Notes: generated from the sequence alone by a model not told the origin. Positions 21,312 to 33,546 are shown, numbered from the stretch's first letter. The stretch: 64,000 bases of DNA from an uncultured Phycisphaerales bacterium (GCA_963772725.1 CAVYYI010000001.1:448001-512000); one strand, 5' to 3'. Numbers and translations are program-made.

Positions 21312-22382
21312 TCACTTATCCGTAATTTTAACCTCCAGCGTACTTTCAATCAACTGTCTTATTTCATCTTCACCGCGGATAAATTTTAACTCCACCGCCA
21401 GATATGCGAACGTTATATCCTTTTCCGTGGGCAGCCGGTGCACCATTTTTGTCCAGTCCTTTTGTGTCGTCAGTATAATTTCAGCGTCATTATACCGGGC
21501 CTCTTCGTAAATGTCCCTTATGTCGTCCGAAGTATAGCGATAATGGTCATCATATACCTTTGTGCCGGCGATATTCAATTTCAGATTCGCCAGCGTTCCG
21601 AAGAAAGCCTCCGGGTTTCCTATCCCGCAAAACGCGAAAACGGTCTTTTTTCCCAGTTCCTCTATCCCGATTTCAACATCGTCGGCACCTCTTGCGCTTA
21701 TCGGCTCATGAGTTGTCCTTGCGATTATAATATTCGGATTGATTTCCAACAGTTTTATTTCGATTTCAGCCAGTTTACTTTCCTCTGCCAGAGTGCATCT
21801 TGTAATTATCGCTGCGCTGGCACGTTTCATGCCCGCCAAAGGTTCTCGCAGCAGCCCCGCCGGAAGCATTCTCCCGTATCCGAACGGCTCGGTACTGTCT
21901 ATTGTTACTATGTCTAAATCCCGTTTTAGCCGCCTGTGCTGAAATCCGTCATCCATTATCAAAACTTCCGCTCCGGCTTTCCTTATCGCTTCCTTTGCCC
22001 CAGCCAGTCTGTCAGCGTTAACTGCTACCGCCGTATCATGACAGCTCCTCGCCAGAACCGCTGGTTCGTCACAGGATTCATTTTTCTTTGTCTTATACCC
22101 GCGGGTAAGTATCGCGCAGCGAATATTTTTCTCTTTCAGGTATTTGCACAGCCAGATAACCAGCGGCGTTTTCCCAGTTCCCCCGACGGTTATATTCCCC
22201 ACGCTTATTACAACGGCCTGGACTCGATGGCTTTTGAGCAACCCCGTGGAGTATAAAAAATTACGAAATCGTATTATCCCGCTGTAAACTGCCGCTGGCC
22301 CTCTAAGCAGAAATCGCAATATCGCAAACCTGAACTTTCCGTTCGTCCCCGAAACCAGTCTGCGATAACTTTCCTGCTTCAA
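21312..22382 (-). CDS. lpxK: Tetraacyldisaccharide 4'-kinase
   Basis: ISVGNITVGGTGKTP, LTRGY, MDDGFQH, LPAGLLREP, TTQKD. Confidence 0.96.
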   Translation of the reverse strand: MKQESYRRLVSGTNGKFRFAILRFLLRGPAAVYSGIIRFRNFLYSTGLLKSHRVQAVVISVGNITVGGTGKTPLVIWLCKYLKEKNIRCAILTRGYKTKKNESCDEPAVLARSCHDTAVAVNADRLAGAKEAIRKAGAEVLIMDDGFQHRRLKRDLDIVTIDSTEPFGYGRMLPAGLLREPLAGMKRASAAIITRCTLAEESKLAEIEIKLLEINPNIIIARTTHEPISARGADDVEIGIEELGKKTVFAFCGIGNPEAFFGTLANLKLNIAGTKVYDDHYRYTSDDIRDIYEEARYNDAEIILTTQKDWTKMVHRLPTEKDITFAYLAVELKFIRGEDEIRQLIESTLEVKITDK

Positions 22383-22491
22383 CCTTATACCCTTAATTAA
22401 GTTCTCTTGCCATTTCTACATAACATCGGTTATATTTACCGAAAGGGTAGAAATTCGGAGCATAGCTAAAAATAATTTTGAATTTTAACTT

Positions 22492-23572
22492 TTAAACTTT
22501 AAGTTTTCTTATGATTGCGTCCGCCATCTGGCTTGTCCCTACGGCCGTCGGGTCATCTCTGTCAGGCTTCATATCATAAGTTACATATTTGCCTTCCGCA
22601 ATTACATCTGCCGTCGCTTTTTCAAGTCTGTCTGCTTCCGCTTCTTTGCCAAGATGCCGCAGCATCAGTACGCCGCTCAGAATCAATGCTGTCGGATTTA
22701 CCTTATTAAGCCCCTTGTATTTCGGTGCGCTGCCATGTGTCGCCTCGAACACCGCGCCCTTTGTCGCCGATATTTGCTCCAGGGGCGACACCAAGCCCGC
22801 CGACAAGCCCGGCACACAGGTCGCTGAGTATATCACCATACAGGTTCGGCAGAACAATCACGTCATAAAGTTCCGGTTTTTGCACTAATTGCATACACAT
22901 ATTATCTACAATCCTGTCCTCGAATTCAATTTCCGGATACTTCTTGGCGACCTCACGGCTCACCTCTAGCCAAAGCCCATCCGTGAATTTCATAATATTG
23001 GCCTTATGAACGCTCGTCACTTTTTTACGTCCCATTTTCTTTGCGTAATCAAACGCGAATCTGACTATCCGCTCCGTCGCCTTGACGGTTATCGGCTTTA
23101 TACTCACGCCGGCATCGCTGCCTATCTTCTTCTTGCTATGCTTGTTCAGCCAGTCTATCAGTTCCGCCGTCTCATCGCCGCCTTTTTGAAATTCTATCCC
23201 GGCATATAAATCTTCCGTGTTCTCACGGACAATCACAAGGTCGATATCCGAATACTTGCTCCGCACGCCTTTATAACTCTTGCACGGTCTTAGGCACGCA
23301 TATAAATCCAGTTCCTGCCGTAAGTAAACATTTATGCTTCGAAAGCCCGTTCCAACCGGCGTGGTTATCGGCGATTTCAACGCGATGCCGTTCTTTTTCA
23401 CCGAGTCTATCGTCGCCTGCGGCAGGGGCGTTCCAAGCCGTGCCATCACATCTACTCCCGCCTCCGCTATTTCCCAGTTTATCTTTACACCTGTCGCGTC
23501 AACGCACCGCCGCGCCGCCTGCGCCAGTTCAGGCCCAATCCCATCTCCTGTTATCAGCGTTACATCAATCAT
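22492..23572 (-). CDS. Isocitrate/isopropylmalate dehydrogenase family protein (NAD-IDH-like); frameshift near 22760
   Basis: [37 protein letters not shown]; continues [13 protein letters not shown] in the shifted frame. Confidence 0.9.
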
Positions 23573-23902
23573 CTTCTACTGCTCCTATGATAATAAAATA
23601 GCTTAGCCCCAGCACCTGTGGCTGGGGCCGAAAACTCTAAATCTATATCTTATTCCCTTTTCCACAATGTGTCAACGCTGCAAACAATTTACTATCACCT
23701 TATCACCTTTACTTAGCCTGCCGATTCATTCGGCAGGTTTTGCACGCCTTTGAATTTTAAAATAAACCCGTTGCGAATTGGACGTTCTGTTCTTTGTGTC
23801 TTCGAGTCTTTGTGGTGAAAATTTTTTACAAACTTTTTACTTGCCATTCCACCCCACAATTTCGATAATAATGTCAAACATATTCCTTTAAGGATAAACA
23901 AA

Positions 23903-26348
23903 ATGAAAATATTAAACAATATATCTGTCTTGATGTTGTCCTTACTTATTGTTAACCCCATCATCGCTGCCGAGCCGAACGCTAAACCCGCGATGGATGC
24001 AATGAAAAATAACGATGAAAGCAAAATATATAATCTAAAACTGACTATTAACAGCCCGGAAACAAATATAAAACAGGGCGATGAAATTCCAATAGTTTTC
24101 ACAATCACCAATCAGGATGAATCTGCCTATTTTTATACCGGCAGAAACGGCGACCGCAGCGGTCGAATGTGGGAATATAAATTGACCGCGAAATACGAAG
24201 ACGGTTTCGCAGTACCAGACCCCCGCGAAAATTATCGAGAAGGAATGGGCGGTGGCTTGAGCTCCGGTAATGGAGAAATTAAGACTGGCCAATCGTTCAC
24301 CCAAACAATACCCTTGAACAGATGGGCACGCATAAATAAGCCAGGCCGATATACCGTAACCGGAATTTATCATTATTCAGTCTTAGACCCCAACGTGGTT
24401 CAAAAGCCCGGTATAAGATATATGAAAGATGTCCCTGTCGCTTCCGAACCTATCGAAATTACTATTGAACCTCGCAGCCCATCGCAGATGGGGCAATATA
24501 TCCACTCGCTTTCCAAAGAGCTTAAAGATATCAAACCTTCAAATTCAGCGGAAGAAGAAAGAGCACAAGAGCAAAAAGAAGACATCATGTTAAAATTAAT
24601 GTACACATGCGATAAGAGGATTGTTCCTGTGTTAATTGACCAAATGTACGATGAAGACAGCTCTTTTTGGGTAAGCGAAGCCTTTCAATGTTATTTGCCG
24701 TCTGACCCGGAAATCAAAAACGCTGTTCTTGAGGTAATGAAAAAGAAAGGACTGCCTCGGCTTTCGGACCAGTCACTTTTACATATCGGTCTTACAGATT
24801 CCGAATTCAAAGAACTTATTTTGCTGTCGCTGAAATCAAAAAACCGAGATATTTTAGTCTCTGGTGCTTTAGCGGCACAGGAGCACCACGATGATTCCCT
24901 TATACCCCTATTGGTCGCAATCGCACAAGATATTAACAGCCCGGCTCGCCCACAGGCAATTTGTGAACTTGCCAATAGCCCCGATGAACTAAGTCTCAGG
25001 ACACTTAACCTTTTACTAAAAGACAAGGATAGAGATACTCGTAATACCGCGTTACGTGCCATAGAAGGCTTGAAGCCCGCTGGTTGGGATAAGTGGGGCC
25101 AGGAGGTTTCAGGATTGCAATGCAGACTGCGACCATATAGATATACGTGGAATTTTGGGAAAAAACCAGTTTTTGGATTAGAACTGAGAAATAATGGTGA
25201 AACAGAATTTAATCTTGTCCCTGTAACACAAGAGAATTGCGAGATTGAAATTGATGGTCAATGGTATGGCTGGAAATCACCGCCGTTAACTGAATTTGAA
25301 AAAACTCTTAAACCAAAAAGCGAACTTTATGTCACTATTATGATTAAACCGGCAGATTCGCCGGCATTTCCAATAGAAAATCTTGAATTGAAAAGAAAGA
25401 CTAGTTCAATCTCATCTCAAGGCAAACCTTTGGAATTCCCGCTCGGCAAACACACCATCAGAGTCCGTTACCGCCCAAATGATTGGCTTGATTCCAACCA
25501 ATCAGTACTTAGCAATCCCGTCGAAATCAATATCTTGCCAAAACCCCCCGCCTTTCCAGATGAAACTCTAAATAGAGCCTTTGACATAGGCTGTTCGATA
25601 GTGATTGTAAAAATACTTTCCATTCAGCCGGAAGAAAAAAATGGCCATATCAATTTTTATCGCCGTAAAGCCGAGATTGTTCAACCGGTTATTCTTGGCG
25701 ACCTGACTGAGCAGGATATAAAAGGGTACTTAGACATGTCTTGGGTTGCTCGTGATGGGAATGATTTTAAAATAGGTTCACAATACGCTATTTTCATTAA
25801 CAAAAAGGCGCCTGGCTATATTGACTGGGTTTTCAGAGATGATATTATCAAGTTGAATCCAGATGATGAAAAAGAAGTAGATAGTTTTGTCCGATCTGTA
25901 ATTCGTGCTTATGAAAACGCAGTTTCGCGATGAGATGTTCTCATCAGGATACCCGCGACTGCCCTATTTGCCAGATTCAATATTTGGCCTGTGTGAAAAA
26001 TTCAGAAAAAATCCCGGCAATAACGCCGCGACAGCCAGACTCATTTGCGCCTCAGATATAGGCTCCCAAATCAAAAAGTCCGACCATCCCATTATAAGCG
26101 TCAGCTCGGTTATGCCTCTCCCAGAGTATTTGCCCCCAAAGCAAATCTTAACCCGAGAACAAATTTTCGTTCTCCTCGGCCAGCCACAGTTAAAATCAGC
26201 CTGGACATATCACTGGTATTGCGGCGAAGATAAAAACCTCTATAACCGTGTCGGCATCCTCTCAGTAACCTTCGACCAGCAGGAAAATACAAAATGCGTA
26301 TCTTATAATACTAAACCCCCATCAGACTGGTCAAAATTCGCTAAATAA
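23903..26348 (+). CDS. Accessory secreted multidomain protein (Ig-like modules plus HEAT-like repeats); ORFs 23903-25933 and 25905-26348 are probably one frameshifted gene
   Basis: Signal peptide; repeated beta modules (PGRYTV..Y..SEPIEI, WGQEVSGLQCRL, GKHTIRVRY..SNPVEI); HEAT-like LIPLLVA..ARPQAICELA; overlapping ORFs without a separate RBS. Confidence 0.6.
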
Positions 26349-26423
26349 CCTCTTAAATCCGGTTATCCCCTAAAAAAAATCTGTTCATCTGTAATACTAT
26401 CTTCAAGTTTTTCTTATAATTAG

Positions 26424-26520
26424 CAGTGTTAATCGGTGTAAATCCGTGTCTAAAAATAACTGCGTTAATCCGTGTCTAATTTTGGTTGTGGCTACGCTAC
26501 GCCATGTTAATCTGCGGATA
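26424..26520. repeat. Cluster of 10-mer-type intergenic repeats
   Basis: cagtgttaatcggtgtaaatccgtgtctaa, ctgcgttaatccgtgtctaa, atgttaatctgcggat; related to 43842-43863 and 56647-56665. Confidence 0.65.
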
Positions 26521-26573
26521 ATTTCTTGAAAATTCCATTTCATTATCTCACAAAAACCTGTATCTTATCTCCA

Positions 26574-27277
26574 ATGACAGAACAAAATAAAAATATCGAA
26601 ATCGGCAAAATGTTCGACCGTATCTCGCCGCGATACGACCTTCTCAACAGAGTCTTATCGCTCGGCCTTGACTCCTTATGGCGCCGAAAATTAGCATTAC
26701 AGTTGCCGAATCGGAAGAACTTACAAATCCTCAACATCGCCACCGGCACAGCCGACCTTCTGTTATCAATGTTCGAAAAAAATAACGCCTCAACCGCCAT
26801 CGGCTTGGATATTTCCGAAAAAATGTTAGCGATAGCCGATAAGAAAATCGCCGCCCACAACCTCCAAAACAGCATCACCCTAAAACTCGGAGACGCCGCT
26901 AAACTGCCCTTTGCCGACGGCACCTTTGACGTCGTAACAACCGCCTTTGGCATCAGAAACGTTCCTGATACGGCAGGGGGCTCAAAGAAATGCTCCGCGT
27001 CTTAAAACCCGCAGGAAAAGTTCTTATCCTCGAATTTTCATTGCCCCAAAACCCGGTAATAAGAAAATGTTGCTTGCTTTATTTAAGGAACATTGTTCCA
27101 CTTGTCGGCAAGCTCATTTCCGGCGATTATGACGCCTACCGCTACCTTAATCGAACTATCGAAGCCTTTCCCTCCGGCAGCGACTTTTGCCGGTTAATGC
27201 AAACCGCAGGCTTTATAAACCCAATTGCCACCCCTTTAACCAGCGGCATCGTCTCTCTATACACAGCCAATAAATGA
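26574..27277 (+). CDS. ubiE: UbiE/MenG methyltransferase (frameshift in a G-run near 26978)
   Basis: MFDRISPRYDLLNRVLSLG, ATGTAD, GDAAKLPF, AFGIRNV, then EMLRVLKP..ILEFS..AYRYL. Confidence 0.9.
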
Positions 27278-27428
27278 GAAATAATTGTTACAGTTGACAT
27301 ATTAGATTAAAGGCGGTGGTTGAAAATAAACTCCTTTTTTCTTTTGATTACGGCAAATTATTCTTCTAAAATGACTTTCCTTAAAAAGCGTATTTTTTCT
27401 AACAAAATTTCGAAGGAAAGGGACAGAT

Positions 27429-28600
27429 ATGGAATTCAACAGAAAATTAAGAATGGGTATGGTCGGCGGGGGACCTGGCGCTTTTATTGGTGATGTACAC
27501 CGCAAGGCCGCGCGTATGGATGGAGGTATCGAACTTGTCGCCGGCGCTTTTGATATCAATCCTGAAAAGTCTCTGCAGATGGGTCAGCAGCTTTGCCTTG
27601 ACCCGCGCAGAATTTATAGAACTTATCAGGAAATGATTAAAGGCGAATTAGACCTTCCCGAAAACCAGAGAATTGATTTTGTCTCCATCACAACGCCCAA
27701 TAACTGGCATTTTCCAATCGCCAAAGATTTTCTCAAGGCAGGTTTTCACATTATGTGTGAAAAGCCTATGACGTTCAACGTCAAAGAGGCCAAAGACCTG
27801 CAGAAAATTGTAAAAAAATCCGGCAAAGTGTTCGGCCTTATGCACAACTATGTTGGCTACCCGATGGTTAAACTGGCACGCGACATGGTTCGCCAGGGCG
27901 ACCTCGGCAATATCCGCAAGATTGTTGTCCAGTATCCACAGGGCTGGCTTGCTACACCTCTTGAAAAAACAGGTAACCAGCAGGCATCCTGGCGCACTGA
28001 CCCCAAGCAAAGCGGCGGCGCCGGCTGCATGGGGGACATCGGCACACACGCTGAAAACCTTTCCGAATATATCACCGGCCTGAAAATTGTCGAAATCTGC
28101 GCCGACCTGACAATTTTTGTGCCGGGACGCAAACTCGATGACGATGGCAACTGCCTGCTCCGTTTCAATAACGGCGCAAGAGGAATTCTCCACGCCAGCC
28201 AGATTTCCATTGGCGAAGAAAACGGTTTGGCCATCTGGGTCTATGGTGAAAAAGCCAGCCTCGAATGGCATCAGGAACACCCCAATTATCTCTATGTCAA
28301 AGTACCGGATGGCCCCGTCCAGGTCTGGAGACGCGGTAACGGCTATATAGGCGCGAAAGCGCAGCCGCCGCACGCGCCACAAGACTGCCTTCCGGACACC
28401 CCGAAGCTTTTTTTGAGGCCTTCGCGAATAATTACTGTAATTTCGCCGACACCGTCCGTGCTGCGATACTCGGCGTAAAACCAGATGAACTGGCGCTCGA
28501 TTTCCCCGGTGTTGACGACGGCCTGCGAGGAATGCTCTTTATAGACAGTGTGCTGGCAAGCAATAAAAACAAACAAAAATGGACCAAAATGAAGAAATAA
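27429..28600 (+). CDS. Gfo/Idh/MocA oxidoreductase (frameshift near 28358)
   Basis: GMVGGGPGAFIG, CEKP, GDIGTH; shifted frame continues RLPSGHPEAFFEAFANNY to TAA at 28600. Confidence 0.9.
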
Positions 28601-28621
28601 CCATTAGAAGGAGAACATAAA

Positions 28622-29613
28622 ATGGCAAGACCTGTAACACTTTTCACCGGACAATGGGCGGATTTGCCGCTCGAAGTTTTGGCTAAAAAAATGGCTGGCT
28701 TCGGATATGAGGGACTTGAACTGGCCTGCTGGGGAGACCATCTTGATGTGGATAAGGCCGCCGCGGATAAAAAATACTGCGAAAAACAGTTGGCCATCCT
28801 TCAAAAAAATAATCTTAAAGTTTTCGCGATAAGCTGCCATCTCGCCGGCCAGCTTGTCTGCGACCTTAATAACGACTCGCGTTCCGACGGCTTTGCTCCC
28901 GCCGATTGTGCCGGTGACGCGGAAAAGAAACGCAAATGGGCTGTCAAAACTATGAAGAACTGCGCAAGGCTGCCAAAAATCTCGGCGTCAAAGTCGTCAA
29001 CGGTTTTACCGGCTCATCGATATGGCACCTTCTTTACAGTTTCCCCCCCGTAAGCGATAAAATGATTGACGATGGCTTTGAATACTTCGCCAAAATGTGG
29101 AACCCAATCCTCGATGTATTTGATGAATGCGGCGTAAAATTCGCACTTGAGGTCCATCCCACGGAAATAGCCTTCGACATTATTACCGCCAAACGCGCCT
29201 TGCAGGCAATCGGCAATCGCAAGACTTTCGGCTTCAATTTCGACCCAAGTCATCTTTTCTGGCAGATGGTCAATCCCGTATGTTTCCTCAACGAATTTCC
29301 AGACCGTATCTTCCACGTCCACATGAAGGACGCCGCCTTGCAATTGGACGGCAGAACAGGCATTCTCGCCTCGCACCTCAATTTCGGTAAGGCTGGTCGC
29401 GGCTGGGATTTCCGCTCCCTCGGTCATGGCGGCGTAAATTTCGAGGAGATAATCAGGACTTTTAACCGGATAGGTTACAACGGGCCTTTATCTGTCGAAT
29501 GGGAAGATTGCGGTATGGACCGCGAACATGGTGCAAAGGAAGCCCTGGAATTTGTAAAAAGGGTGGATTTCAAGCCCTCGACGGTTGCTTTCGACGCCGC
29601 TTTCGATAAATAG
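28622..29613 (+). CDS. Sugar phosphate isomerase/epimerase (IolE/xylose isomerase-like TIM barrel); frameshift near 28968
   Basis: TLFTGQWADL, GLELACWGDH, FALEVHP, FDPSH, HVHMKD, LSVEWED. Confidence 0.9.
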
Positions 29614-29771
29614 CCATAACTTTTATTTGAAATTGTCGAAAAAGTACTTGTCTTAAAGACAAAAACAAATATAATACAGGTCTTTTGCGCCAAAAGCTGT
29701 TGTTGCGGCAGTTAAAATGCCCGTGGCTGGCACTGTATTAAAATTTGTATTGGATAATAGGAGTTACGTCT

Positions 29772-30139
29772 GTGAAAACTGAAATTCTCGAATCCGTTGA
29801 GAGTAAATGCCTAAAGAAGGACATACCTCATTTTGAAGTAGGCGATACCGTTGATGTTCATTGCAAAATCAAGGAAGGCGACAAGGAACGTATCCAGGTA
29901 TTCAGCGGAATTGTAATTTCCCGCAAAGGCCACGGGATGAACGAATTCTTTACGGTCCGGCGGGTTGTGGATAACGAGGGCGTCGAGAGAATCTTCCCAA
30001 TGCATTCACCGAATATAGCTTCTATTAAGCCCGTCAGGAGCGGTAGAAGAAGAGCGCCAAGCTGTACTATCTGCGTGAACGCACAGGCAAGGCCGTCAAA
30101 CTCGCTCAGCGCCACAGCAAACACACCGCCATAAATTAA
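29772..30139 (+). CDS. rplS: 50S ribosomal protein L19 (frameshift near 30052)
   Basis: GDTVDVH..IKEGDKERIQVFSG, GVERIFP; shifted frame restores AKLYYLRERTGK. Confidence 0.95.
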
Positions 30140-30148
30140 TTTCAGGGA

Positions 30149-30556
30149 TTGGAATTGCTCGATTGGTTATTTTACAGGCGTAGCAGGCTCCTGACCAATC
30201 ACGAACTGCTCGGTGTCTGGGGCGAAAAAAAGTCCGAAAGGTTTCTGAAACAAAAAGGATTCAGACTCCTTACGCGGAATTTCCGCTGCAAAACAGGCGA
30301 GATTGACCTGATTTTCGTTGATACAGAGGGGGCTTTAGTGTTTGTAGAAGTAAAAACCCGTGCCGATGAGGATTTTGAGACCGCCGAATCCGCCGTTACA
30401 CAGGCCAAAAGAACCCGAATGTCCAAGGCCGCCCGTTACTTCCTTTCGACAAACAATATAAAGGATAGACCCTCTCGTTTCGATGTCGTTACCGTCGTGC
30501 TTGGCAAAACCGGCCCAGCACAAATAACCCATTACCAGAATGCGTTTTTCCCGTGA
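30149..30556 (+). CDS. YraN/UPF0102 family protein
   Basis: GVWGE, RNFRCKTGEIDLI, VFVEVKTR, RFDVV. Confidence 0.92.
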   Translation: MELLDWLFYRRSRLLTNHELLGVWGEKKSERFLKQKGFRLLTRNFRCKTGEIDLIFVDTEGALVFVEVKTRADEDFETAESAVTQAKRTRMSKAARYFLSTNNIKDRPSRFDVVTVVLGKTGPAQITHYQNAFFP

Positions 30557-31350
30557 ATATAATGGAATTAATTGATACTCATTGCCATTTGACTTTTGAT
30601 GAGCTTGCCTCTGACTCTGCCGGAGTTGTCGCTCGAAGCGAAGCTGTCGGTGTTACAGGCTGGATAACCATCGGAACCGATACTGTCCAGAACCAAAAAG
30701 CCGTCGAATTGGCCGGAAGATTCAAAAATATGTTCGCCACCGTCGGTATCCATCCTCATTACGCAAAGGACGTAACTCCAGATACTCTCCCGCAGTTGCG
30801 GACCCTCGCCGAAAATGAAAAAGTTGTCGCCATTGGTGAGGCTGGCCTCGACTTCCATTACAATTTTTCCAAATGGCAGGACCAGATGAGACTTTTCGCT
30901 GCCCAGCTAAAAATCGCTCACGAGCTAAACCTGCCCGTAGTCGTTCATTGCCGAGAAGCCTTTGACGACACTATCGACATTCTCGAACAGTATGGCGCCG
31001 GCGTAAAAGGCGTAGCCTTCCATTGTTTTAGCGGCACCCCCGAACAGGCCAAAATCGTTCTCGACAGAGGCTATTACATATCCTTTACCGGCGTAGTTAC
31101 CTTCAAAAGTGCCGACACCGCAAGAGAGGTCGCTAAAATGGTTCCCATGGACAGATTAATGATAGAAACCGATTGCCCCTATATGTCCCCTGACCCGATG
31201 CGAAAACAGAAAATTAATGAGCCTGCCCTTATGATTCACACCGCCAAACGCATCGCCGAACTAAAACAAATAGATTTATCCGATTTCGCCAAAGCTGTTA
31301 CCGCAACCAGCAGAACCTTCTTCGCCTTACCCGACCCCTCGAAAATCTAA
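30553..31350 (+). CDS. tatD: TatD-family DNase
   Basis: IDTHCHL, GIHPH, AIGEAGLD, VHCREA, HCFSG, IETDCPY. Confidence 0.95.
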   Translation: MNIMELIDTHCHLTFDELASDSAGVVARSEAVGVTGWITIGTDTVQNQKAVELAGRFKNMFATVGIHPHYAKDVTPDTLPQLRTLAENEKVVAIGEAGLDFHYNFSKWQDQMRLFAAQLKIAHELNLPVVVHCREAFDDTIDILEQYGAGVKGVAFHCFSGTPEQAKIVLDRGYYISFTGVVTFKSADTAREVAKMVPMDRLMIETDCPYMSPDPMRKQKINEPALMIHTAKRIAELKQIDLSDFAKAVTATSRTFFALPDPSKI

Positions 31351-31363
31351 CTCCATCAACCCT

Positions 31364-31934
31364 AAATTATCCTTTACCCGCCACAAAAAAATGAGATAAT
31401 ATCTTCCGGTCATCTTGAAAAAATTGGTTCTAATGTCTCTGATGATTTGGAGTAAACATTATGGTAGAATCCCCAAAAAAAGTTTGGACTGTTCGGTTGC
31501 TTGCATTATTGGTAATGTCATTTGGTTTTTCACTTCTTATATGTCTGACTCCTGGAAATAAACAAATTTTCAAAAAAAGGGTTGAGATAAAAGCTAATGA
31601 TAATGTAGGCGAAATCGTTGCTGCTGTTGAAAAACTTGGTAGAAATGATATCAATGTAAAAACTATAGATGAATCGTGGTTTGAACGAAAACCAAAACTT
31701 CTCTGGACAACCGCGGGCTTGTTTATTTCAATTGGCTTTTTTTTAGGAATCTACTATATAATCTATTGCATCATAAACAGTCTATTAAGTCGCAAAGAAA
31801 GAAACGATGATAATTTATTAAAACCTGTCTGACAAATCAGTTACGTAGGGCAGGATTCACTCGCCATCGGTTGGCTGATTTTTCTATAACTATCCCAAAT
31901 TATCCTTTACCCGCCGACAAAAATGGTGATAATA
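31364..31934 (+). repeat. Direct repeat (~38 bp, promoter-like) bracketing a small gene
   Basis: aaattatcctttacccgccacaaaaaaatgagataata (31364-31401) vs aaattatcctttacccgccgacaaaaatggtgataata (31897-31934). Confidence 0.8.
31461..31832 (+). CDS. Hypothetical two-TM membrane protein (AT-rich)
   Basis: ggag RBS, two hydrophobic segments. Confidence 0.65.
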   Translation: MVESPKKVWTVRLLALLVMSFGFSLLICLTPGNKQIFKKRVEIKANDNVGEIVAAVEKLGRNDINVKTIDESWFERKPKLLWTTAGLFISIGFFLGIYYIIYCIINSLLSRKERNDDNLLKPV

Positions 31935-31981
31935 CCTCTTTGTATATTGTTCTTGATTGAAAAATACGGAATTTTTCAATC

Positions 31982-32233
31982 AAGAACAGTATAACTGGTA
32001 AAGTTGTTGTAATTACAGACGCAGGCGGCGTCCTCTGCGACTTAAAAGTCGCAAAGGCCAACAATGCCTTATTCTACCCCATCAATCCCGGCGACGAAGC
32101 CGACTCATGGCAAAGATTCTATGAAGAGGGACTCGACAAATTCTTTAATGGCCGATACGCCGGCCAATATGAAACTAAACTCATCGCCGAGTTTGATTCT
32201 TATCTCCCCGAGACCCCTCCGTGGGAAAAATAA
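31982..32233 (+). pseudogene. Chimeric remnant: SDR N-terminus fused in frame to a HAD-hydrolase C-terminus
   Basis: Frame reads KNSITGKVVVITDAGGVLC|DLKVAKANNALFYPINPGDEADSWQRFYEEGLDKFFNGRYAGQYETKLIAEFDSYLPETPPWEK*; no in-frame ATG/GTG/TTG after the TGA at 31958. Confidence 0.65.
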
Positions 32234-33544
32234 TTTTCGCACACGCTTCACGAGAGGCGTTTATAGCGTCATTTTTACTGAAGATTCCCATTTCTTTAGC
32301 AATAACGGCGTTTCGGCCTCTGCCTCCGCCAAACGAAATCCTGTAGTTTTCTTCCGGTTTGCCGTCATTACTCCTCAATATTCCTGTCAAACCAATATCG
32401 GCAACTGAACTTTGCGCACAGTTGTTCGGGCATCCAGATATGCAGATTCTCATATTGGGCAATAGTTTCCCATCGAGTTCTTCGCGTATCTTGGCAGCCA
32501 TCGCCCAGGTATTAACAAGACCTTTTGAGCATGTGCTGCTGCTGGGCAGGCAATTATCACAGGCTGTCTCGATAATTCAGCCAAATTTTCAGGCAGTTCA
32601 AATTGTCTTTGGCCATAAATCTCAAGGCCATGCTCGCAGTTTATTCGCAAAACGGTTTTGTATGCTTCAGCGATATCAGCCAGTTTTATCGCGTCCGCTG
32701 GAGGGATGTTTCCGTTCGGCAAATTCAGCCTGTACAATAGCTCAATTTCCGTTTCTGGTTTTTGCAGAACGACATCGGGCCAGTGTCCGCTTTGTTTTTC
32801 TTTTATAAATCTGATTTCGAGTTCTTTGGCGAATATTTCATTTCCCAGTTTTTCTCTGACGTGCCGCAGTCGTGCCCTGAGCCTGTTCTGTCTGTTGCCA
32901 TAATCCTCGAAAAGTTTAATCGCCGCTGCGCACAACGGTGTAACATAGTTTGGAGATAAATTTTTATATAAGTCAATACCCAGCGATGGCCTGGCACCAA
33001 GCGAACCAGCGCCTATTACATCAAAATGTCCATGTTCATTTACAACAAAACCGATATCATTGACATAAGGTCCCGTGCATCCCATGCCGCAGCCGCAAAA
33101 AGTTATTTTGAACTTTCTGGCCAGATTCCAAATGCCGGGCATTTGCCACAGATATTTACGAACATCCTCGGAAAGAGTAAAAACATCATACGTACCAGCT
33201 ATCAAACCGCACCTTGTGCAGACCGTTATATTCCTTACCGTGTCGCCTCCGGCACCTTGCGAGGTAAGGCCGGCATTATTCAACTCATCCTGCACCTTTG
33301 ACAAGTCATTTTCTAAAACATTGTGCAACTCTATATCCTGCCTCGTTGTCAGGTGCAGACTGTTGCCGTTCGAGTATCTTTCAGCAAGCCCGGCAGCAGT
33401 TCGCCACTGCTGCCAGGTTATTCTCCCGCCAAAGACTTTTATTCTCTGCATATACAAGCCTGTCTGCCTTTGTGGGTAAACGCCTAAGATTTTTTTGTTT
33501 GCATCACCGGTATTTACTTGTGTCTTTTCAGTCTGTTTTTCCAT
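32181..33544 (-). CDS. Ferredoxin-type sulfite/nitrite reductase (frameshift near 32545)
   Basis: GVYPQRQ, HLTTRQDIELH, GDTVRNI, RKFKI; restored ACPSSSTC...ISGCPNNCAQ siroheme/4Fe-4S motif. Confidence 0.88.
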
Positions 33545-33546
33545 CT

